From assembly GCA_024137785.1 (NCBI GenBank), contig JAHRHZ010000145.1, positions 35,791,435-35,855,434 of the forward strand: a stretch of DNA of 64,000 bases. The letters are read 5' to 3'. Both the position numbers and the translations under genes were made by a program. The notes under the pieces are model-generated. The model was given only the letters and a program-made list of their open reading frames with translations. It had not been told where the DNA came from and did no database searches. Positions within the stretch are counted from its first letter, which is position 1, and each line of letters begins with the position of its first letter. This DNA comes from Ginglymostoma cirratum. Lineage: Eukaryota. Positions 12,701 to 24,700 of this stretch are shown here, in pieces.

Positions 12701-15700
12701 ATAGCAAATGGCTTCCTTTCAGTTGTGGAGTAAAAGTTAATTCCATGTGGGAAGCTGGCAAATGCAAATCATGCAGACATTTTCATTGGAGATGCCCGGA
12801 TATTTAGCTGTTGGGCGCGATTAGAACACGCCTCAGCTGCACAATGAGCTGATATGCACTTATTGGTGAAGTTCCAGCAGAGGTTCACTGGAAGCCTTAC
12901 CCATTGCTAGGTTCAATGGTATTAACATGGGTAAACATCAGCAATAGAACACGAAATGTGATGGGGAATAGTTAAATCTTCCCTTCTAAGTTTTTTTTGA
13001 TATATTAGCCTCGCGTATGTCCGGGCATTGGTTGAGGACTGATGGTGCCATAAAAAGTTGGAGTGAAGCAAAAATACTTTTGACGTAAATTTACTGAGCT
13101 TTTTGTCTCATTTGCTTGTTAGCAAGTTGTTCGACAAAGTTCTGCATGGTAAACTGGTTAGCAAAGTTAGATCACACGGAAACCAGGAAGAGCTGTCCTT
13201 TTGGATACAAGATTAGCTTGAAGGCAGCAGACAGAGGGTGGGGGTGGGGGCATTGCTTTTTGGATTGGAGGCCTGTGCCCAGATGTGTGTGTAACAATTG
13301 GTGCTGGGTTCACTGCTTTTTGTCATTTATATAAATGATTTGGATGTGAACATAGAACGAATGGTTAGTAAGTTTGCAGATGACAACATAATTGGAAGTG
13401 TAGTGGACAGCGAAGAAGGTTATCTCAGAGTACAATGGGACCTTGATCAGATGGGCCAAGGAGTGTCTGATGGAGTTTAATTTGGATAAATGTGAGGTGT
13501 TGCGTTTTGAGAAGACAAATCAGGGCAGAACCTATACACTTAATAGTAGCATCCTGGGGAGTGTTACAGAGCAAAGAGATCTTGAAATACAGGTGCATAG
13601 TTCCTTGAAAGTGAAGTCACAGGTAGATAGGATCGTGAAGAAGGCGTTTGGTATGCTTGTCTTTATTGGTCAGTGCATTGAGTATAGAACCTGGGAGGTC
13701 ATGTTGTGGCTGTACAGGACATTGGTTAGGCCACTTTTGCAATACTCTGTTCAATTCTGGTCTCCCTGCTATAGAAAACATTTTAAATTTGAAAGGGTTC
13801 AGAAAAGATTTATAAGGATATTGATGGGTTGGAGAGTGTGAGCTACAGGGAGAGGCTGAATAGGCTGGGGCTATTTTCCCTGGAGCATCAGAGACTGAGG
13901 GGTGACCTTTTAGAGGTTTAAAAAATCATGAAGGGCATGGATAGGGTGAATACCCAAGGTCTTTTTCCCAGGGTAGGGGACTGCAAAACCAGAGGGCATA
14001 GGTTTAAGGCAAGAGGGGTAAGATTTAAAAGGGACCTAGCTGGCAACTTTTTCATGCAGAGGGTGGTGCATGTATGGAATGAACTGCAGAAGAATTTGTG
14101 GAGAGCTGGTACATTTACAACATTTAAAAGGCATCTGGATGGGTAAAAGAATAAGAAGGGTTTAGAGGGATATGGACCAAATGCTGGCAAATGGGACTAG
14201 ATTAATTTAGGATATCTGATCGGCATGGACGAGTTGGACTGAAGGGTCTGTTTCCGTGCTGTACAATTCAATGACCCTATTTCTGTATTAGTTTGTCTCT
14301 CTGAATTTATAATCAGACATTGAAAAGAAAAACACTTGAATAGTTCTAATGTCAGTGAATATTGTTGGGTGTCGCAAATTTTAGGGGCAGTGACTTGTAA
14401 ACCATGTTATGTGTTTATTCTTTAGAACCGCCTACATTTACGAAGAAGCTTGAACCAGTTGAGGTAGTAAAATCTACTGATGTCACTCTTGAATGTGAAG
14501 TGGCCGGTTCAAGTCCCTTTGAAGTTATGTGGTATAAAGACAATAAACAAATTCGACGCAGTAAAAAGTACAAAATAATCTCCGATATTTCTTTAGCCAG
14601 TCTTTGCATTCTAACATCCGATAGCTCAGACATTGGTGAATACACATGTACAGTAAAAAATGATGTTGGGAGTTGCTCCTGCAGTTCTACAGTCAGTTTG
14701 AAAGGTCAGTCACAATCCAGTTCTCCCAAGTACTTTTACCTGGATGTTGTGTCGTACCTCTTCGTTGTTATGTTCCTGTACATTATTAATCAACATCTTG
14801 AATCACAATATTTTTAAAAATTAAACATTGACCATGTAGTATAAATTATAACAGGTTATATGTTCTCTTTTACATTAAACTAGAGAGACCAACCTTCATA
14901 CAAACAATAGAAAATGCAACAGTATTTTCTGGAAATTCTGCTGTGTTTCAATGTCTTGTAAAAGGCTCAGTTCCAATAACTACAAGCTGGAGAAAAGATG
15001 GCAAAAATATCAAAGAAGATGATAATGTAAAAATGTCCTTTGAAAGCAATGTTGCCACATTACAGATTATTAAAGTTGAAGAAAGTCACAGTGGAAATTA
15101 TGTTTGTCAGGCAAAGAATGATGCAGGAACTGCGAAATGTGCTGCTACATTGGTCGTAATGGGTTAGTACCAAATAATAGGCACAACATTGTCCAAAAGT
15201 CTGAGTTTCATGACATTTACTTTTTCACATGAAATTGTTTTCGTTTTCTTAAAATTAATTCCATGGTTGTCAGAATTAGAAAATTTAGAATTGGAGGGGA
15301 AATAAACGTAGAAACAGAGAGAAAAGGAGCAGGAGTACATAATTGAGGCCTTCAAGCCTGATCAGCTATTCAATATGATCATGGCTGAAGATCCAATTTA
15401 CTACCCCAATTCTGCTTTGTCGCAACACCCTTTGATCCCTTTAGCCATAAGAACTACATCTAACTCCTTCTTGAAAACATTCAATGCTTTGGCCTCAACT
15501 GCTTTCTATGGCAGATAATTCAACAGGCTCACCACTATCTGAGTGAGGACATTTCTCCTTGTCTCAGTGCCAAATGGCCAACCACATGTTATCAGACTGT
15601 GACCCCTGATTCTGGACTGCCTGGTCATTGGGAGCATGTTTCCTGCTTTACCCTGTCTAGTCCTTTTTTTTAATATATAGGTTTCTATGAAAATCTACCC

Positions 15701-18700
15701 ACATTTTTAAAAACTCTAGTGGTGGATCACTTTCCAGAGATCATTTTCTACGTGGAGCAGTCATTGTTAGGAATTCCAAATATGACTCTGTTTACTGCAG
15801 GGCATGGTTTCTCAATTGTGTCTTAAAATACACTTCTGATAAATTGTCAGATGAGATTTCCACTCTGTCCATGTGAGGTCTTTCAGTATCTATCACCATC
15901 CATTTTATGGCTTTTCTGAATGAGATTGTTCATATAATGCTCAGTTGGCAACAGTTTTACAACATGAACAACAACTCCTTGTGAGCTGAGTTGAGACTGT
16001 CACAAGTCATTTCACATGGAGCGATATGGAAAGTAGATGGGAGACATGTTCATTGTAGAAGTTCTGGCTGGAATTGAACCCAATTCTGAGTCACCAAGCT
16101 GGACAGCCCGCACCACAAGATCAATTATGAAATAGCAATCAAGATTATACAGTTCTGATGTAACTGATCTAATTATTCCCACAGAACCTGCGAAAATCAT
16201 AGAAAAAACTGAGCAATTCACAGTGACTGCAGGAAACCCAGCAATTTTGGAGTGCACTGTAGCTGGTACGCCAGAATTAAGTGTTGCATGGTTCAAAAAT
16301 GGAGAGCAACTGGAATCAGTTGGAAAATATAAAATGAGTTTTGCAAATAAAGTAGCAAGTCTAAAAATTCGGGCTGCTGAAATGGATGACGCTGCTGATT
16401 ATACTCTGAAAGTCCAGAATGAATTCGGAGCCGACAGCTGTAGTATTTCTTTGACAGTGTTAGGTCAGTGATTACTTTGTGTTGATGGCTTTAATCTCCT
16501 ATAATCAATATTTAAAACAAAGCAAATATTGTTACAAATTTTAAAATAATGAACAAATTTTTGAATTGATATCTTTTCTCCCTTGCACTGGACAGAACAA
16601 ATAATTGCTCCATTGTTTACAAGAAAATTAAAGGAAACCAGCAGTACTTTAGGATCTTTTGTACAAATGGAGTGCAAAGTTGCTGGTTCTATTCCGATGG
16701 ACATCTCTTGGTATAAAGATGGCAATGAAATATCAGCCAGTAACAAATACAAGATGTTATTTCAAGACAACATGCTTTCTTTGGAGGTCTTTGAGTTAGA
16801 CGTTTCAGATGGTGGAATATACTCTTGTAGAGCAGCAAATTCAGCAGGAAAGGATGAATGCAGTGCTTTCCTAAGTGTAAAAGGTGTGAACGTTTGTCAT
16901 ATTTCCTTCTCATCAATGAATGTTGCTTTGCTCAGCTAAGTAATTTTTAAATTCTTTCTACAGTAGTCTAAATATACTTATTAAATATGTCTATCTTCAG
17001 TTTGTTAATTCATCATGTTTTGAAGAACATGTTAGCATGCGTCCATAAAGTTCTCTTCAACCTGATCATGTCTTATGGTTTGTCTATACATGAGTTAATT
17101 AAATGTGTTTTTTNNNNNNNNNNGACAGCATAAAGCATATTTTAATTTTCTTGAGCAAAGCTTCTATTAGGTTCTACGCTTTGGTTGATTGTGGACTTTA
17201 ATGTGATTACTTTATAGAACCTCCCAGTTTTAGGCGGAAACTTCAATCTGCTGAGGGAATAAGAAACAGTGGTGTCACCCTTGAATGTGAGGTGGCTGGT
17301 ACAGCTCCCTTTAAAGTTATGTGGTACAAAGACAATAAACAGATTCGATCTAGTGAAAAATATAAGATGGTCACTGAGAACTATTCAATTAGTCTTCATA
17401 TGTTGAAGATTGCTCCTTCATTTGTTGGTGAATATAAATGCACAGTTACTAATGACGTGGGAAGCTGCTCCTGCAGTTGTGGTGTCAGCTTGAAAGGTTA
17501 GTTACATTGTGATTGAAAAGCACTTCTGCTTGTAATGTTGACATCTTTAGTTACAAAACAGTTCAAAAACATTTGCTATTAAACATTGTTCTTTTATTTT
17601 CATGGAAGACATTGGGAAATAATTCATATTTTTCTGCCTATATTTATCTTGAACCAGAGCCCCCTTCATTTATAAAGAAGATTGAAAATATTGTAGTGGT
17701 TGCTGGAAATCCTGCTACATTTCAATGTCGTGTGAAAGGTTCACATCCTTTATCTATAAGTTGGATGAAAGATAATGATGACATCAAAGAAGATGATAAT
17801 CTAGCAATTTCCTTTGAAAACAATATTGCTACCCTGCAAATTAAAGCTGGTGACTCAAAGTATAGTGGGAAATATATGTGTCAGGCTAAAAATGATGCAG
17901 GAATTGAGAAATGTTTTGCTACATTGATAGTAACAGGTTGGTAGGAATTATTTGTGAATATGATTAACTAACATATTGAAGCCAGTTGCTGCTCAGTTCA
18001 AATTTATTGTTTTTGTGAAATTGCAGAATGCATAAGACAATTGAATGTTACTCAGCCCACCATTTTTTCTTAACAGAACCTGCAAAAATTGTTGAGCGAG
18101 CAAAGTCACACAGTGTGACTGTGAAAAATCCAGCAAATTTGGAATGTACTGTAGCTGGTACACCAGATCTAAAAGTTAAATGGCTGAAAGATGGAAAGGA
18201 GGTTACATCCAGCAGAAAGTGCAAATTGAGCTTTGAGAAAAATGTAGCCAGTATAACGATTCTGTCAGTAGAGAAGTCGAATAGTGGTGAATATACTTTT
18301 GAAGTCCAGAATGAATATGGAGTCGACAGCTGCAAAGCTTTCTTGACTGTATTAGGTCAGTATTTATGCTGTGTTAACAGATATGGATGTGAGAAGAAGT
18401 GCAGTTAAAGCATGAAATTAGGTTTGGAATTCTAGGCTACTTTTATAGTTTAAGCTTACAGATTGTGCTCTATATTGTACAGATCAACAAATTGCTCCAA
18501 CATTTACGAAAAAGTTAAAGGATATGGGCATTGCATTAGGGTCTTCCATGTCCATGGAGTGCAAAATATCTGGCTCTTTTCCAATAAGCATTCATTGGTA
18601 CAAAGATGGAAAGGAAATATCAGATAGCAACAAGTATAAAATATCACAGCAAGATAACTCCTCAGCTTTGGAGATGAATCAACTAGAAATCGCAGATGGT

Positions 18701-21700
18701 GGAATTTATACTTGCAGAGTAACAAATGTAGCAGGAAGTGATGAGTGCAGTGCCACACTTGTTGTGAAAGGTTTGAAATAAAATCTTTGTGTTTTCTCTC
18801 CATTTCTTATCATGAAAAACATCATTTGTATCATACTTTAATCTTAACAGACTTGCGTGAAATAATTGCTCGGAAAGCTTTGTAGTTGGATATTTTACAG
18901 TGCAAAAGTTGATGAATCTTTATGTGCTCTTCATTGCAACAAATATATTTTTCTTCAATGAATTTTAGAGCCACCAAGATTTATAGTAAAACCAAAGTCA
19001 CAGGAGGTTCCCCCCAATTCTGCAGTGCAGTTCAAGAGTGATGTAAAAGGAACACCTCCCCTGTCTTTCAAATGGTTTAAGGATGACAAGGAGTTAAACT
19101 CTGATGCTACGTGTTGCATAATGGCAGAAGGTTCATCCAGTTCTCTACAACTGTATTCAGTAAAACATTCCAGTACAGGATACTATACTTGCCACGTCAC
19201 CAATGATGTTGGCACAAATACTTGCACAGCAAAGTTATTCGTTACAGGTGTGCAATTTTTACGTGGTGTCGGTATATAGTAACAGTATCTTGTTTGTATT
19301 TCACTTGTTAATGTCTTTAAGTTGCTGAAAATTCTCAGCATGTACAGGTCTTCTTTCTTGTACTTTGTACTGCTAGTATCTTGTGTTCTTCTAGACATCA
19401 AACATATGCGATAATCTTACACCCTTTATCACATCAGTTCTACATTAGCTTCTTATACTCTTCGTGATTTCAAGAATGTATTGTCTTATACTCTGCATTA
19501 ACCCAGTTCTATTGAATGTTTTTATTGTATGTTACACTAAAATTATCTTAGATTCAGATTTGCCTTTGTAAACATTCTCTTACTGATCTCTGTTCAGTAT
19601 TATATTTCTTTTCGCATGTTTCACAATTCCAATTAATCCAGCATGGTATTGTTCTCGGAACCTTACCACTAAATGTCCTCTGTTTTGGTATCCTAGAGCC
19701 CCCATCTTTCATTCAGAAGCTGGAGCCATCCAAAGTACTGAAGAAAGGTGAATCGGCACACTTTGAGTGCAAAGTGACAGGCACACCTGAAATCAAGGTT
19801 TCATGGTTCAAGAATGACCATAAAATTAGTGCTGATAACAAATACAAAATGCGTTTCGATAAATCTGTTGCAGTTCTTGAAATCATTCATGCTGATCTGG
19901 AAGATAGCGGTGATTACATTTGCGAAGCTCAAAATGAAGCTGGCAGTGCAAGTTGCAATGTCACTTTTACTGTCAAAGGTACGTAGCTTTCATCAAGTGC
20001 TTAGAAATCATTCTAAAGCAAGTATCTTTTCTTCATGACTGCATAAATGAGACGAATTATAATCTTCCTACAGAGCCTCCAGTTTTCGTTAAAACACTTG
20101 AGACAGTTAATGCCATAAAAGGCTCTGATGTCGTACAGCAGTGTGAAATCAGCGGTACATCTCCTTTTGAAATTACCTGGTATAAAGACAAAAGGCAAAT
20201 CCGAGCAAGTAAAAAGTACAAAATTACTTATGAAAACCATGTAGCAAGTATTCATATTCTGAAAGTTGAGACACCAGATATAGGGGAATACATGTGTGTC
20301 GTCAAGAACGATGTGGGAGGTGACACTTGCATTGGCACATTAAATCTAAAAGGTTTGTAAACTTTCCAAATTTAAATTATCCTACTCTGACAATTTTTGG
20401 AAAAGAATTTTTCAGTTTGTGTCTCACAAGTAAAGAATATCTATTTAATTCTCCAGAGCCGCCAGTATTTGTGAAGAAACTTTCAAACATTTCTTCTGTG
20501 CTTGGAGAGTCTATAACTTTACAAGCTACCATTAAAGGCTCAGAACCAATTCATGTAACATGGATCAAGGAAAAGGAAGAAGTGAAAGTTGATGAGTATA
20601 TGACAACTAGCTATGAACAAAATACTGTTACTTTGCATATTGCAAAAATGGAAGCAGTTCACGCTGGAAAGTATGTTTGTCAAATTAAAAATGATGCTGG
20701 AATGCAAGAATGCATTGCTACAGTATCACTTCTGGGTTAGTGCCTGATGTCAGGTTTTTTTTTGTTATTTCTAGAATTTGGTTCATATTTAAGAGCATTG
20801 CTCAATATTATTTTAATTTTATTATGTTTGTCAAGAGCTTTTTTCATAAAAAGACTTTCTTTCAATTTAGAACCTGCCACAATTGTGGAAAAAGCGGAAT
20901 CTGTCAGTGTAAGTGCAGGAGATCCAGCAACTTTGGAATGCATTGTTAGAGGCACTCCAGAACTCAGAGTGAAATGGCTGAAAGATGGTCATGAGCTAGC
21001 ATCTGGCAGAAAGTATCAGATCAGTTTTATAAATGGAATTTCCAACCTAAAGATTCTGTCTGCAGAGAAGGCCGACAGTGGTCAATATACTTTTGAAGTT
21101 CAGAATAATGTTGGTAGTAGCAGCTGCAAAGCATCAGTCAGCGTCCTAGGTATGGTTTAGCCCTTTTTCTGTTTGATACTTTTTCAGGATTTCTTAACTG
21201 CCTGTGGATAAATCTTTTTTTCTAATTATGGCTTGTTGGTGTAACTCAAACAGATCGAATTATTCCTCCGAAATTTACAAGAAAATTAAAGAAAGTGAAT
21301 GGTATCCTGGCCTCTCCCATCCAGATGGAGTGCAAAGTGTCTGGATCACTACCTATTGCTGTGGCTTGGTTCAAAGACAGACAGGAGATTGTACATGGAG
21401 CAAAATATCAACTCACATTTGGAGATAACACATGTGGTTTGAAAATAAGTACTTTGGAACTGTCAGACGCTGGTAATTATACATGTAAAGCAACAAATGC
21501 TGCAGGAAGCGATGAATGCAGTGGTGTCTTGACTGTGAAAGGTCAGTTTTATTCTCAGTGAAGTTTTTGGTATTTTCCTCACTCTTTATATTATTATCAC
21601 AATGCAGATTTTTTAAGAATCTGAAAACCTAAGTAGTTTATAAAGAATGTAGCCGCAAGATTGAAACTTAAATCAAACGAAATATACTGTTCAAAAATCA

Positions 21701-24700
21701 GATGTGAAACTAATGTGCTCCATCTTAAATAGTCAGTTATATACAAGGTACTAAAAGGATAAAGAACTTTTAATCTAAACCAATATCTTCAATCATATTC
21801 AGAGATAGTGGGAACTGCCGATGCTGGACAATCTGAGATAATTTTTCAGAAAATTTTCTGAAGAAGGGTCCAGACCCGAAACGTCAGCTTTCCTGCTCCT
21901 CTGATGCTGCTTGGCCTGCTGTGTTCATCCAGCTCTACACCTTGTTATCTTCAATCATATTACCTTCTATACTCCATGGATGTAGAAGATTAACCAATTG
22001 GTCTGAGTACTTACCCAGGCCGACATATCTTCAGCTTTCTGTTCACTTCCAGTAAGGTTGTTTCTTCAAATATTCTTAAACCTCTCCAGCCTTCACAGAT
22101 TCCCCAGTAAACGTCGGCACCTCCAAGTCTTATGTCTAGCCAATTCACGTCAGAAAACTCTTGCTTCTAATATTATTTAACTCTGGAACCTTATATCTAA
22201 AATGTGATCTCTCTCTTTCAGTCTCTCCCATCTTTCTTTAATCACATTTCCATATGACTCTCTGCCTTCTTTGCTTGCTGATTTTGTCTCCCCTTGATAA
22301 AATATTTCAAATGACTCTCAGTCTTTCTTGGACAAACTTCTGTCAAGTTTACCAGCTTAGATTTTGCTCCATTACCCTGTTATGCCCATTCATCAGTCTC
22401 CCCATACAATCCCCCCATTTGGTCCTTTGGCAGTGTTTGGCTTAAGGAACCCATGCTGTAGAAGCCTCTGTCTGTGGCTGACACAGAAGTCCTCAGGGCC
22501 CCTAAATTTCAGATTCTACTAAAGGCTTATGCCTCTGATGACAGTATATTGGATCTATTTGCCTCTGCTAGGACTAGACAGATGCTAGCAACTGAAGCAA
22601 AATAAACCAAACTATTCCTACATTATTTTGAGGTCTCACACTAATTTCTCCCAATCAGCTTTGACATTCCTTAGTGATGCTGCTTCAGCTTTCTTTACAG
22701 CTTCGGCCACATACTTACTCCTCTTTCCTGCAAATTTTGCATGGAAGGCAAATCACATGCATTGCCACTTTTGAATGCACCACCAAATCACAGGAAATAA
22801 TATGATCTGGGGTGGCTTTGTACATTCAGCTCCTGTTCCAGGTATCCTTCCACAAGATGTGAGTTGGATTTCCTTGACCTGATTCTTGATGCATCCCGTT
22901 TCCTGATGGAGTGTAACAAGTCCTATGGGTTATCTCACCCTGCATTGATGTTATTGAAATGTTCTGCTAGTGAGCGCGTTGGATAAGTGAACTGGTTTAT
23001 GTACTGCTCAAGCTTTCTCAAATATCTGTTTTTAGCATGAAGATTGATTTTTTTCTGGTCGGTATACGTCCACTAACTCAATCTTACCTTCGATTTTTGA
23101 AATGGCATTAAAAACTTCTGGAATATGGTGACATGTACCTGCCTTTAACTAAGTAGGCTACTGGGTTAGTTCCTTATTGACTGGCATTGCCTCCATCCTG
23201 CAGTTGCCTGTGGTATTAAATCCACATTTTCTCTCCTCATTTGGAGGGTGTGGGAACACCATTGTGGAGCTCCCAGTGTGCTACACCCTTTCAATTTGGT
23301 ACTTTGTATTTACCACATATGGGAGTGTACTATGGTGCCTAACACTGTATCCATCCCTAATGTCCCCTATGCTGTTTTTCCTAGAGGCCTCTCCAGGTGG
23401 GGTGTTGTCAGTGAGCACTGATACAGCTGGTGCCATTTCCAAAATCTTCCTCCATCTAAAATACAATCAGAATTATCAAATATACATGTACTGATCCTTG
23501 AGTTGGTAACCAGTTGTTTTGATGACTACTTTCCTCATAAGATTCATAAGTTGCTGTCAAAGCTGTCCTTCTGTTGTCTGTTTTTGCACCCCACTCCCAT
23601 CAGATTGTTCCATTTATTTCACTAAAATAGCATTCTGGGGGCGGGGGTCTTTTATGAGCCCCAGAGTGGTAATGCTTTGAGTGTAATGTTCAACACCACA
23701 GGTACAAATGGTGTACTCATGGTGTACATTATTATACAGAGTCATAGCTCTCTTTATCAGCACAAATCCCTTTTGAGGTCCCTCTGTCTGGGCAGAGCAG
23801 GGGCTCTCTCCTGGAGTAGTCATGGTGAATGGTCTGGTTCGATGTTCCATTTGTGCTCGAGTGACTGGAAGCTCTCCATTCTTGTTGCCTTGCTCATCCT
23901 GCCATTTGAACCCAATGATTTTAGCGGTCACACTCTCCTCACCATTCTCCTTGCAGTCTACCTGTCAGGTACACACAGTTATATTTTCACACTCAGAATG
24001 CCCAATCCTGACCTGATCCCAGTGCCATCTCTGTTACATGGCCGCACCACCTTCCTAAGTCAGGAATTGATATCTGCACGGGCATTCGATGCAAGGGTAG
24101 TTATTCACAGTCACTGCAATCAGTTGCTGTACAGTCGCCCTATCTCTGGTTCTGATCGGCTTGGAAGGGATTTCTTCTTAGGGGCCTATAACCTCAATCT
24201 TGTCATGTGTCACCCTTGTAAAATATACCAAGCACTTTCCTTCAGTGAAGACAAATGCTCATTGGTCTACCCTGTGATCATCTGGAAAGTAGAAAATATT
24301 GGGCTACCCCCGGTTACTGGGTTCTCAGTTATTTAATTCTATCCTTACTCCTTGTTACTCTTGTAACTGTGATTGTGATCTTCTGATGGACTTTATTTTT
24401 AACTAAAACAACTTCCTTTGTTATTCCTGCTGCATGTACGAGGTTCCCAATTATCTTTCCATGTTGTATTTATCCTTCCCTGAATTAATGTATAACCTTG
24501 TCTGCTCCAGGCAGTCATGCACTACTCCAAATACATTCCTATAATCTGTGTGTCCGTTGGTTTTCTTCCGTGATGTTTTAGGGATTGGCAAGTGCAACAA
24601 ATCTATGAACTGGCTTTAATTAGTTTTTATAAACATTATCTGTGACCAAACAATGTTCAGGGTAATCAGTTTGTTTAAAGTGCATATTGTTTGCCCTCAC

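Noticed and set aside
23677-24336. 219-aa + strand ORF as a nested gene or titin exon
   Set aside because: TTG start, no Ig or PEVK character, no recognisable domain or convincing splice sites.
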